A stretch of DNA of 64,000 nt, taken from the NCBI GenBank assembly GCA_040182905.1, contig JARQWU010000019.1:1-64000 (forward strand), read 5' to 3'. The stretch is from Barthelona sp. PAP020 (taxonomy: Eukaryota). A model generated the notes under the pieces. That model saw only the letters and a program-made list of their open reading frames with translations, made no database searches and was not told where the DNA came from. Below are positions 42,701-57,700 of the stretch, piece by piece. The number at the start of each line of letters is the position of its first letter. Position 1 is the first letter of the stretch. A program made the translations under genes and the position numbers.

Positions 42701-45700
42701 CAGCAAAATTACAATACATATTTCCTTTTACAGTTATATGTCCAGCAGAATCAACATAATTACTGATATTAAACCATGAATTTGAATGAATCGTTAAAGA
42801 ACCAAAGTTTCCAACAAGCAATTTGTCAGTTGTTTCAAATCCAACAAAAACATTCCAAATACCATTAATAAAGACTTGTTTGCTTGAAATAAAAGGTATA
42901 TAAAAATCAACTTGTCCAGTCTCTTGAATAAATTCTTCTTCATTCAAAATGAAGACTTTAACAACCCATAAACCATTCTTTTGAACAATTTTTCCATTAT
43001 TTATGATTTTTCCATTGAAAGAATCATTGCCAAAATAATTGTTTTGTTCAAGATATAAAACAGCATCCTTTTCAATTTTAACAATATTATTATCAAACAA
43101 CCAAGTCGAATCAACGACATCAACCTTGTTTTTAATTATAATGCTCAAATAATCATTGAAATTAACATTATCACCAATCAAACCAGTAAATACAACTAAT
43201 TCACCATTTCCTTCAAATTTGTTTTCCTCTCTTAATATCAAATTGTTTATTTGATAATCATGCTTGACAGAGATGATCGAATGTTTTGAAGATAAACTAT
43301 TCAATTTGGTGGTTGATTCCCCAACTATTTTCATGGTTGAATTCAATAAAAAGATGTTACTGGCATTGAAAATACCATTACCATGAATCAAACTGATATT
43401 TGAATTGATAAAACTTGCATTGCCATAATAAATACCATTTTCTTCAATATTTAGCAACGAATCAGAAAATTCTCCTTCTTTGGTGGAATTGATCTTGGCC
43501 CATCCTTTCAATGTGATATTACAACTTTCAAAATAACTTTTATTGTTAAATGTGATAATCGATTCATCATCAACAATGAGAACAGCATTGTTTGAAAATT
43601 TGCTATTGTCAATAAATGATAATTGACTTGAATCAGTGACACTCATGTAAGAATTATCACTTTGTAAAGAAACTGACCCATTTCCAGACTCAACGACAAA
43701 ATCACAATTAATGATATGAATCTTTGTATTATTCATTATCAATTCATTACTAAAAACATTTGAAGAACTGAATACAAGTTTTGATTCATTTTCTAATTTT
43801 CCACTTAAAATTGCAATACCATTATTCATTGTAATGGTTGAATATCCATAAACAATGGATGAATTCGATGTTACCAATTCTTTGATGATAGTTAACACAT
43901 TATTAGTGGTTCCTCTTATCACAGCATTATTTTCCAATTTAGTCACTTCAAGAGGCCCTTCAATATTCAAAGAACCATTCAAAATTCTTAAAAATACATC
44001 TACTTCAAATACACTAGAAGTTCTTTTAATTATTTGACCTTTTGATATGATGATTGGAAGACAATCGTCTAAGCTGTGAATTTTTCCAGAAATAAGATAC
44101 ATCGTTGCAGATTCACCAATCTCAAAAACACTGTTGCAATCAATGATAAAGTCAGCGTTAATTAAATACAATTCATTTTCAATAATTACACGATGTGGTG
44201 ATTCAACAACAAGTCTTTCGGAAATGTTCATAAACTTAAGTACGCTCAAACCATCATCTCGTAAAATTGAATGATGGAAAATTCCCCAATTGCCATGTAA
44301 ATGCACACTCGAATTTAAATATGATTTAACCAACTTTAAATGATCAACAGACCACATGTTGCTGATCTTATCTGCATGAGAAGCTAACATCAATGTAGAT
44401 TCATCTTGGAGTGTTATATTCTTGACATCAAATTCAATCAAATTGGTCAAACTGAGGATAGATTGTTCTTCAGTGATTGTATCAGCATAAATTGAATTCG
44501 ATTCAGCATCAAAATGGAGCAATGACAAAACAGCAGAAATATTTTCAGAATATAACCATGAAGCATTCTTTGAAATATAAAACTCACTGTTGTAAAGGGT
44601 TATTTCTTTCAGCCAAACATCTGAACGATCTAATTGAATAAAAGAATCCTTACAATCAATAATTCCAAATTGAAGATCTGATTTCAATGCATGTAATGAA
44701 ACATCTCCAAATATCTTTTTAATATTACCACTTGATTCAAGAATCATCACAGTTGCAGAATCAAAAGCACTTAATTCAGTGATGTTATACTCAGTTTGTG
44801 TGATTTCAATGACACCATATGTTCTAATACTCCCATTTACTTCCAAAATATTTGTACAATTAAGATATCCATCATCATTGTTATATATTTGACCATTTTC
44901 AGTTACTACAATCTTGGAATAAGTGTAATTACTCCAAAATTTACTTTTAATAAACAACATTCCATTAACTTCTAAAATTTTAGTCGAATAAACTTGAGAA
45001 TATAAAGTTAAATAACCATTAATTTGGTTAACGACATTATCATTTTCAAAAATACCATGAATGTTCAAAGAACCATTCAGTTGAGTAAAATTTCCACTAT
45101 TGATAATTGAGACCATCTCTTCTTCATTAAAGATAACAATATCATCAAATAACATGAATAACCCTTTGTTGTTTATGAAAGAATTACTTTCTAAATGTAC
45201 GTTCGCATTCAAAACCATAGATTCTGATATTCTAATGCTAGAAGCATTCTCAATTGTTATTTCATGATTGATATTTCCATTATATATTAAATAAACACCA
45301 CCACCACCAAAGTCAACATTGTCAAAGGTGCTAAAATGTTTGATATTTATTGTGCCATTTGTTTTCAATACACTTTTACCAACAATCAAATCGTTAATTA
45401 TCACATCATTTTGTTCATAGAATTGAATATCAGATTCATTTGCAACTAAATTTGCTTCAAATTTCAATGTGTTTTTGAAAAATTCACTTGAACTTTTGTT
45501 AAAAGAAATCAAACTATCATAAAAGATGATATTAGCTCCATTCATCACTTTGAAAAATGTTTCTTCAAAGAACAAACCATCTCTAATTTTTGCAACACTA
45601 TTCATCCCACAAATGAATGTAGATTTAACAAAATGATGGTCTCTTGTGTTAAAATGAGCAATTGAATTTTGAAATACCAAATTTGCATCATCAATGTTTG

Positions 45701-48700
45701 TCCAATACCATTCATCAATATTTGATGAATCAATCAGAACTTCAGCACCAAATATTGTCAAATTAAAGCGGTTAATGTTGAATTCACTCACTTCAAAATT
45801 CTCATATGCTTCAACAATAAAGGTTTTCATATTACCGCTGGCAAAATTAACTTTACCCAAACGGTGAATCAAATGAAGCAATTCTATTTCTCCATCAACA
45901 AATATATTTGCGTTGACAGTTGTAGTTTCAAGCAATAAATGAGTTGAAGTAGTTGTATCTTTAAATACTAAACTGCTATTTGAAACTATAGGTCTATATG
46001 CATTCACAATTCCAAAATTAGTAAAATTGTCATTGTTATACCATGATTCATTTATTAAAATATCATATCTTGATTCAACATGAACGTATTGTCTAAATAT
46101 AGCTAATGTTATGAACTTACCATTGTTAATAATACTGGAATGCTCATCACCAAAAGCAAACACTTCCTCAACAACATATAGTTGACCATCAGTCAAAACA
46201 TTGATGATAGAATTGAAAAGATGGATTATTGATTTGAGATGAACCAGTTTAACATCTATCAACATGTTATAAAACACATTTTGTTGTTCAAATACGACAT
46301 CAATCAACGTGATTTTCGAATCATCAATTGTACTCACATTCCATAAAGCAACGTTTCCATGAACAACAAAAATTTCATTAGTGACATTCCATTTGGAGTT
46401 GAAAATATGAAGATCATTGAAATGGATTATTGATTCATCCAAATTGGTAAAATCTGAGTTCTCAAATTCCATATGAGTGGCATAAAATTCAGTAAATCCT
46501 TGTTTATAAATGATGAGATCACTATAATCATAAAAATAGAATTTGACATCATTGAATATGGTGCTGTCAGATTCATTAAAAACGATATTTGATCCAAAAC
46601 TCTTAAATTCGTTCATTTTGTAATCAGCAGTGAGAATATGGTAGATAATAAAATCACTGTTTGTAATCAACATGTCTGAATCAAAAGAAATATAGGAATA
46701 ACTTGCTTTAAAATAAGTTTTCATCAAGGTGAAATTTCTAAAATTTACTTTGGCCTCAAGAGTCAAATAAATATATGTTTTGTAACTAACAGCGTCATAG
46801 TTAATATATAAATTATCAATTTTGCTGTTTGCGATGGAAACATCGACTATTTTAAACATGGAATTGATAATTAATGTTAAATTTTTGTCAAACGATGTGT
46901 CAAAAACAACTCTGTCCATATTTTCAACTTTTAATAATTCAGAATTTCCATGTTGAATAAAACGTCCACTCTTCACTTTGATAAAGCCATTCACCAACCC
47001 TTCATTCGTTAAAATACCATCATTCTGTTGTTCAAAATTTCCTTCAAAGATACTGTTTGGATTAAAAAGCACAACTCCTTTACTTTGTGTCAAAGCGTTG
47101 GAATGCCATTTACCAAAGTGTGTGACAAAACCTACATCATTTGAAACAATAAATATTCCTTTACTGATATTGATGAAACCGCTAGGCATATTATATAACG
47201 CCAAAGATAGAACAAAGTTGCCTTCATTCAATTTGGTGATATTACCAAGATTTATAAGTTGAGCAAAACATGAAGATTCACTTTTAATGGAACCAGTTTC
47301 TTTAACAATCATTTCACATTGTTGATCAACAGTAACTGTTGAATCACATCCCAAAGTTAAAGACCCTCCATTAAAAACGAAAGTTTTGTTCACTTCAAAA
47401 ATATGAGGATTCCTTAATTTGAAATCACCAACAAAAGTAGCATAAATGGCTTCTGTAAAACCAGCATGTTTCAATTCACCATCTCCAAAAGTCGAGTTTA
47501 TCACATACATGGATGTATTGTGAGAAACAAAACCAGATTCAATAAACAAAGTGTGAATATGAACATCAATAGTTGAATTGAAATAAAAAGCACCTCCATT
47601 CTTGATTTCTAACAATTCAGTAGAGAAAGAAATAGCAGATCTTTCACCAACATTGAAAACTCCACCAAACAAAGATAATTGAGAATCTTTCAAATCAGCA
47701 CTAACACCATCGTTTAATCTAAACTCACCACCAGTTGAAAATAGAGTCATTCCAGTAATAGCAACATTAGCATTTTCAAATATTTCAATCAAACCACCAC
47801 TCTGTGTGACAGCCGAAATTGCGGTGACCACACAACCTTTCAAAAACATGACATGTCCATTATGAACAATCAACTCAACATAAGGTATTTCAGAACCACT
47901 CAAGAACTTTGTAACACCACCATTCATGATTAAGTGCATCTCCTTAATTGTTGCAGAATCAGGAACTGAAAGCAAACCTGCATCAACAGTAACATTTCCA
48001 AGATGAATAAATTCACCACCAAGAGTAACATTAGATGCAAGAATAGGTAAATTCAATGCTGAAAGAATGTCACCATTGAAGATTGAATGTTCTTTAAATG
48101 TAAATCTCCCCTCAAGTCTCAAAATAGTGGCATTTTTCAAAATGAACCTTCCATCGTTGAAAGAATCAGTACCTATTGTTAAGTTGCCTTCATAAATTTC
48201 AAAAACAGATTGGAAATTGTTATACAAAGACGTTTTCAAAGTGAAATCAGAAATTCCACTTTTTCTAAAATATCCATCATTGATCACAATTGGTAAATAT
48301 TCACCAGATGCGCCAATAACCGGGTTAATAGCGCCTCCAGCAAGTGTAAAGTTACCGTTAAGCAAATTATGAATTTTTGAATTTTTACCCATATTCAGAA
48401 TTCCATTTTCAAAGACAGTGATACCATCAGTGGACAAAATATGTTTATCATCTAAAAGACAAGCAGTAGGGAAACAACCATCAATGTTAAGAATATTCAA
48501 TGATCTGGTTTCAGCTACCCCACTCATCGATCCAGCAAACAACGTGATGCTTTCTGCATGAATATCAGATTTTCCAACACGTGAACCACCATTGAGAACA
48601 AACTCTTTTACATCAAGGGTGTAATTTCCACTGAAGTTGAAAGTTCCAATTCTGAAACTCGAAGTTCTTCCAATTTCAAGGTTTTGAATTGAAAATACTT

Positions 48701-51700
48701 CATAAAAAACAATTATGGTATTGTCAACATCTGGATACACAGTAAAAACTCCATCATTTACAATTATCTTATTGATACGATTCTGGAAAGAACCATTGTA
48801 AAAATTGATGTAAGGAGATGATGGAAGATCAGGTTTGTTTAAGATGATGGTCGAATTGTCAAAATCAACAGCACATTCAATGAAATCAATAGTACCAACC
48901 TCATGAATTATCTTTGGAATATGTGGAATGAAATTAGATTCGACAGCTCGAATGGCGTTGAAAACTATGCGACCATCTTTATTGAACACATTGAACGATA
49001 TTTTATCAATGCATGTTGAAGAAGGCAAATATATGAATGATAAAGAATTAGTCACTGTCAAATTCATGGAAATAATGGAAGATTCTATGAAATGTGTTTC
49101 TGAATTTCCAAATGATATTCCTGAATACGGTAAATTAACAATAACATTGGTAAAATTACCAATTGAACTGACAATTCTTAAAGTTCCTTTGTTTTGCAAA
49201 GTTGTCGATTTAACTGAAAAATCACCATTTTGCACACTTGTTTGACAACCTTCCAATAAATCAATTAAAGTGTTTTCAAAAGTTACATTTTTGAAAACAA
49301 CTTGTCCCACTTTGGTATTTGGACCATGTGCATACAAATATGCACTGAATTTAAACAAATTAGATGAAATGGTTTGAATATCAGTGGTATACTTTGAATT
49401 AAATGTTGCAAAACCATTACCAACACTCAAATATTCAATATTCTGTTGAGGATGAGCCCAAAAATAATTTTCAATTGTGATCAACACAGATTCATGAAGT
49501 GTTAACTTTTTATGGTACGCATAGTATCTGTAGGTGTTAATTTCAACATCTGCAGTTATTTCATCCGTGGAAACTTGTGGAAAAGTCAAATGTTCATAAA
49601 CTGTAAATAACCTAGGTCCATGAATATGAGCATTCATAAATTGAAGAAAAACAGCCGTAATAACAGGCCTTTCATCATATACAGAATTTTCAATTCCAAC
49701 AATGGCATTATCAACACTTAAAGTTTCAACAATGAAATTTCCTGAATGAGTAAAAATTGATGAAGAACCAACAAACAGAACAGTCACGTCAGCAACATCG
49801 ATCATGAAAGAATTATAAAAACTATGTTCACTGATCGTTAAAGTCTGAAGACGAGAATCAAATTTTACGTCTTTATGAACTGTCATATTGGTTTGATGAT
49901 GTATAGTGATGTTGGAATTAAACCCAAACAACACATAGACTTGATTTTTCATAGTAATGGTTCCATTGTTTGAAATCAGATGTCTTAAACCTTGAATTTT
50001 CACAGAATCAGTAAATTCAACTCTACCCTGATCATTATATACATACAAATTACTTATTTTTGAACTATTAATGAATTTTATTTCACTCTTAACACTATAA
50101 AGAAGGTAAACTGTTAATTGAGTGCATATACCCGAAATACGAACAAAACCTTCATGAATTACTATTTTTCCCAAAACACTACTTGTACCATCCAATAAAT
50201 AACTACCTGTATTCAACACATTGATAAAAGACATACTATCAACATCAAATGAACAGCCTTGATACAGTTTTAACATGTTATTAACATTAAATGTGCTATT
50301 TTCAAATGAAATTTGTCCATATATTAAGTGCCATGCACACACGTTATATGAATAACCGTGCATACTGTTAACAATATTTATTTCACTGTATAAAGCATTT
50401 AAAGTGCCATTTTGAATATACCAAACAATTTCACTCGTCAATTGATGTGTTTTAACCATAATGTTAATTGAATTGTTGCTAACTATCTTCGCAACATAAT
50501 CTCCATTTTCTTGTGATGCTGCAATTGTTTGTTGTAACATTATACCCACATCCGAACACATTGTATTATCAAATGATAAAATACCAGTTGAAATATTAAA
50601 CAAGACATTTTCTCCCATTACAATTGTGGAACCATGAATTGTCATTTTTCCTTCAACTTCAACAATTGAACAAAAAACATGGTTCACAGAATCATGCCCG
50701 AATGTAACACTACTTGAATTTGCTGAACAATTACCTGGTATTACATCAAAATTTGCAATCTTACTGACAAAAATATTGAAAACTGCATCAAATGTTTGAT
50801 ATATTTGACCTTTATAGAAATAACCTTGGTCAAATAAACGAATACCACCATTCATCTTTGTTAAAATATTAGCTCCATTAATAGTCAAGTTTGTAACATC
50901 AATAACATTAGCCTGAACACATAATTGTCCACCATTTGCAATAATTTGACTTATATTCTTTGAATAACTGTTATTAGTATTGATTATCCCATTATTTACA
51001 ATAATTGAAAGATTATCAGCATCAAAATCATTAACATTCTCTTGAATGTCTATAACACCACCGTTAGTCAATATAATTGAATATTTTGCGAACATAACTG
51101 TTAAACTATAATAAAAAACTGCATGTCCATCATTGACAAACAAAGAATGGAAAACAATTGTATTGCTTAACAACAATTCTCCCGAATGAGCATCAACTGA
51201 ACCATCAAATTTATTCACTACACCATCAACAGTTGATTTTCCCATGACAGTTTGTAATTGCAATTGTTCAATATAACCACTAGGATGTAACAAAAATACT
51301 CCATCAACAATAACCTTCAAATAATCAGCAACAGCTTGAATTATTTCAAAATATCCTTCAGTATTGACATAGATTACACAATTAAATCCATAAATTTCAG
51401 CATCATCATCAAAAATAACATGTGAATTAACATAAATAATACCTCCATCACATATAAGTTTTCCTTCAATTCTCATGGGTGTGTTAACTGTTAAATTCGC
51501 AGTCAAAGTCATTGTTGAGTATTCATCAACAAATAAAGGCACTTGTAAAGTAGTATTATCAAAAATACTGATAGATGCACCAAAAGACACATTAATTAGT
51601 CCCAAATTTTCACTAATTTGCCAAAAATCTGTGACCCGATTCGTTACTTTGTTGTTACCAAGAGTTACACTGGAACCAATATGAGCAATTTCAAGATGTG

Positions 51701-54700
51701 CTAAAGAAGAATCAAGAACAAGCTTGGAACCATTCTTAAAATCAATCAATCCACAATCAAAACAATCTTTCACAGATTCCATATGAATAACACCATCAAA
51801 TAGATGTATAACAGCATTTTCATCCAATGTTTTTATTACTTTTGAAGATATATTCACAAAAACGTCATTTGTAAGTGAAATAGTAGAATTTTTATCAATA
51901 ATACCACCGTAAAAATTCCAATTTTCTGTAATATTAACAGCAAAACCATTATTTTCTCTTAAAATAGCAGTTTCATCCATTGTTAACTCTTTTAAATGAA
52001 TATAATTGTCATTTAAAGAAAAAATAGTCAGATTTGCTGAATTATTGATGAAAATCTTCTCATATATTTGTTGTTCACCGACAACTCCACCATCATATAA
52101 CAATAATCTTCCATTTCCATCCATCTTAACATCATTTGCAAATGTTACATGAGCATTTGAAGAAATGTTAGTAACACCACCATGAATGTTCAATTCAGAA
52201 ATAGTGGATGAAGAATCTTCTTCAAAAACAATGGATCCCCCTTGAATATCTTTAAATTGTAAGACAGAAATCTTTGAATCTTTGTGAAAAACAGTTGTTG
52301 CATTGTCATAACAATGTTCATGAACAACTAAACCAATATTACAAGGACCATATTCAACTAATTTATCATATTGATAAAGAATACGAACTGAATTTAATTT
52401 ATTGTCTTCAATCCAAGCATAATGATCATCATAAATAACTATTTCAATGAATATATCTTTACCATACACTTCATTCATTAAAACAATACCACCAATCCAT
52501 TCTAATGGTAGATAACCAATGTTTGTATCTCTTAAATCCAATAATCCATCTGTAATTATAACTGCACCCAAAATACTTAAGTATCCGTCTAAAATAACAT
52601 AAGAAGTATCATTTGAAATTAAAAATGTTCCTTCACCTTCAATTCCACAATTTTCTTTGAACTCAAATCCAGAATGAACTTCAAGAATTGCATTTTGACT
52701 TATTGTTAAATTTGTTGATTCAAGTGATGTGTCTGTTGTTACATTACCATCAAGAATCGCAATTGAATCCTTATCAATAGTGACGTTTGCTGTATTTAAA
52801 TGCATTCTCCACAAAATAGTAACTTTTCCTTGTATTAAAATTGTTCCAATAACATTTAACAAAGCTCTTTCCTCGTATACTGAACTAATAACATTCATAA
52901 TTTCATCATCTAGGTTCATGGTAAAGATTGAATCTTCTTCAATCAATAATTCTACCAAATCTTCACCAAATACAGTGCCTTCATCCCATAATATACTTCT
53001 GTATGAATGAACAAGTACATTATTGGCAAACGTTTTTGTGCCAGTTGAAGTCATAATCAAATTTGATATCCAAAATTCACCACCATTGAATTTGCCTGAA
53101 TACATATCCAAATGTCCAATAGTACCAGCAACAAATTCAAGAGTACTATTTTCACCAATCATTGACATGCTTGAAATATGTTCAAAAAGCATTTGAGGTT
53201 CAGGTTTCATAATACCTGTCTTAAAATGTGAATTCGAAATATTAACAACAATTCCATAAATTGAATTTGAATCACTATCAAGAACAAATGAACTATTATT
53301 GTATAGTTCAATTTTCATTGGTTCCAAAACAAAATTAAACATATCAACAACATTGAAGTTAGAAAGGTCCATTACAAGATGTGAAGATATTGATAAATAT
53401 GCCTTTGAACCAATGATTAAAACATTTGTTTCATTCTTTAAAACCCAATTTATTTGATAAAGATAACTTTCTTCACTGAATACAAATTCAGCATGGTTTG
53501 CTTCATAAATGGTAGAATCATCAATTTTAGAATGATTCACTTTCAATTCACCTCCAATGAAACTAATATTCAATGTAAATAACCTACTTTGTTGAACTTG
53601 TAAAAGACCATCAATTCTTTTAAAGTCCATTAATGTCGAAGTTGAGTTAAAAATGGTAAAATTTGAGGTTTTTGTTGACATAACAACACTTTCATTTGGT
53701 AAATAAATATTCCCACTGAGGGTCAAGAACATTCCTGAATCAATCCATTTGCCAAGCAAGTTGACAATATCAAACGATTTAATTGCACCAAAATTTGCAA
53801 CAAATCCAAATTTTGTCAAATTGAAACATTTAAAATTGACTATATTGCCATATATTTCCATTGTATTGTTCAAAGTGACTATATTGTAATTTATCAAACT
53901 CAAATTCATTACAGTATTCCCTAAACCAGCTTTAAACTCACCTTCATAAACAATAAATGTAGAATTAACACCAAATAATCCAGTATCATTCCCAATAATA
54001 TGGAATAAAGATTCATTTTGGGTGATTAAAACAAAACTATCAATGAAATCAATACTTTCAGTGATTAATGTAGAAGATCCATTTATTTCTAAAGTAAGAT
54101 TGTTGAATGTTCTTTTAACATTTTCACCTACTAACCAAGTATCATACCAAGTTACAAAAAGTGTATCGGCATAAACAGTGTTGATAAAAGAGGTGTTTGT
54201 AATTAAATGTCCATTTCCACTTAATGAACCGTTATATATGGTAAAATTGTTGATAATCAAAGGACATGATGAAATTGAAACATCTAAATTTCCTTGATTC
54301 AACAAGATAATTTGGTTAAATTCATGATTTTTACAGTCAATATTCAAAAACTTGACTGATTGGTCATATATTTCCAAAACAAAATCATGGACAATAGCGT
54401 TTGCATCAAAAATCAAATGTCCATTTGTTTGTTTATAAGAACATTCATTTGAATGATTAAATTGCAGTCCTTCAAAGAATAAACTTTTATCCTCATCAAA
54501 TAATAAATTACCTCCACAAATTAAATTAAAACTAGCAGTATTATATCCTTTGATATGAGTATCCTCTTCAATAGGTAATATACCTTCTTCATCAAGAATG
54601 AATAAACCATCAAACATTGAAAGATTATGATCAAAGGTGAATTCACCTTTAGATATCAAGAGAACACCGGAATGATATTGAATAATTGATGTGTTCAAGA

Positions 54701-57700
54701 AAACTCTTGAAAAATCTGCACAAAAAACTTTTTCAATCAAACCATAATTGTAAACAAATCCTCCATTGAAACTCACACCACCTTTTAATTCCATAAAAGC
54801 TTCTTCAGTATTAGTTATTCTTCCATTTCCAAATAAATCAATTGAAACATCAATATCTGATGTGAAATATTTGGAAACGACGAGATGTGAATCAATAATT
54901 CTTTTCATCTTTGTTTTATCCACAAACTTAACAGTATCTTCAACATATGTGGAACCATCTTTCAAACAACCATTCACAACAGTCAAGTTTTTAACATTCA
55001 GTTGTCCAGTTCCTGTTCTACAAGAACCACAATCTAAAATAACATGTCCAGCATTTTGAACACCAAACACAGTAATATTGACTTCACATAATGAAATGGA
55101 TGTTTCTGAACAAAAAGTAGCTGTTGGTGTGAAAACAACAGCACCAAACCCATTCACTGTTGAATCACCTGTCAAACAGAACTCTCCAGCAAAAATAATG
55201 GTTTTGTTTTCGTTAAAGCTAACTTCAACATCATGTCCTACCAAAGCACTATTCTCCTCAAAAACATAATCTTCATCAATGACTAATTTTTTGGTAACAT
55301 TAATTTGACCATCAATAGCCATTCCGCCTTTAAAAGCTGAAAAACTCTTCATGTTTGCATATGTCAAATTTGATTCTTGGAAATATCTCCAACTAACTTT
55401 CATATTTAAAGCATCAGGTACCCCACTCAATAGACCTCTATTTGTTAATTTAGGTAAAAAGTTAAATTCGTTAACATAGAATGTATCGTTGTCAAATTTA
55501 TACTCAACAATATCTGGAACACCATACAAATTAGCAGATTGATCAGATGCCACCCACGTTGATTGATAACCCAAAATGAATGTACCAACATTGATAAATT
55601 GAGCGCCAGCATCACCAATAAATTTGGTTTTTCCAGTTGTTTTTGCATAACCTCTATTCTCATAAATTGATGTGTTTAATAATTCAATATTAATAGGTGA
55701 AAAAAATGGTGGTACAAATCCTGCAGGGAAAAGACTTTGCAAAGGGTCATAAAAATCAGTAACACCCAAATTTATCGTTATTCCATCATGACATAAACCA
55801 CCTTTTTGCCAATATGTATAATTTTTAACAACTAAAACATCAGAACCACCTCTATAACCACCAATAATATACAGATCATTCACTTCAACAGGTTGATCAT
55901 TTAAAAATATGGCATAACCTAAACGAATCCTGAATTCATCAAATCCAACAGGATATTCTTGTTCAAAAAAGGTAATGTTTGGTCCAGACAAAATAATGTT
56001 AGAACCCTGTGAAAAAGAAATATTTGGATTGAAGAATACGTTTCCAAAATTGTCTTGTTCAATTCCATTTGTTCTTTTATCTGTGATCACGTTCAAATCA
56101 TCAAATACACATTCTCCATACACATGCATATTTGCATTTAAAGTGATAAAAGATAGGGTACCTGAGAGCACTTGCCAAATACTGGAAGAATTAATATAAA
56201 AATGTTCACCAATTGAAAGTTCAACAGCCATCATCTGGTACAACAATTTCGAAGAAAATCCACCCCTTGCTAAAACAATAAAACCATTGGTAACCGTGAA
56301 ATTATCATAGTTGTGAACAATCATACTGACATTTGAATCTGCTTGAATAAAGATTGTACCATAATTAATAATGAACGCATTGGTTAAATTATTATCAGGT
56401 TGTGCTCTTAACTTCAATTTGAACAAAATTTCGATCAAAGAATTGTGAGTATTAATTAATCTTGCTTCATCTTCTGCTCTAAATTCTGCGAATTTATTTG
56501 CCAATTCAACTGGATCATCAATTGAAGGAGGGAATATGGCATGATGAGCATTGACTAAAGTGGCATTATAGGCTAATATAGATGTTAAAGAACGATAAAA
56601 ATATGCTTCATTCAAATTAACAGTGTACGTGTGATCACCAAAACCACCACCTCTCCAATGTAAACTATTTTTAACATTTAAAATATCTTTTCCAAGTCTA
56701 AAACCATCAAATAAATAGAAATCAACAATAGAAGCATTGAATAATGTATCAAATCTGATTGTTCCACCATATAACATAACTGTTTGCAAATCAATAATAT
56801 TGAGACCTTTGTAAAACATAACATGCCCATCATAAATGAAAATGTTCTGTATCACTTTCACAAAGCTGTTATCTTCAAAAGTAACATTACCACCCTTTAC
56901 ATACAAGTCCATTGGAATATCCACAATTCCTTCAAATGAGATATTGCAGGAATTTTCACAATTAACCATAAATTCATCCATGTGGAATTCACTATTAACT
57001 CCAAAAATCAAAGAATTAAAAATTGGTTCATTTGAATAACCAAACGTTACATTAACACTTTCAATGGTATCTTTAAATGGAATAAACACATCACTAACAT
57101 TTTTGGCTGCCATAATACCGTCAAAATATCCTCCATCATAGAAAACCAATCTATCAACATTAATTATCACCGTAGAATTGAAATAACCATAAAATTCTGA
57201 TTGCACATCAATATATTCACCCTCAAAATTAACATGAGAATGGGTAATATTAAAGATACCATTTCTATTGGGATTTCCTTTAATATGTGTTGCTACATGT
57301 GTTTCAAAAACGTTAGTGGTTACCAAATTTTGTATCGCTAATGTAATTACATCAAATTTACTCATCGAAACATTAAAAACACCATGAGATACTGTACTGC
57401 ACTTTGTTAACAAAGAACGTGAAACATTTAAATGATTGAAATTTGTTAATACAATATGTTCAATAGAATCATCACATAAAACAGAAATATCTTGTTGCAA
57501 ATGGAATAAACCATAATTATTCATGGTAGAATTATTCTTAACAGTTAAATATTTATAATTTAATGTTTCAGTTGTCTGAATTATTGTAGTATCAATCAAA
57601 AAATTCATAACGTGATTGTTATTGATGGTTATATAATTATTTGTGTGAATATTTGTGAAATTCATTGTTGAACTGGAATTACCAGTAAATTTCCCAGAAA

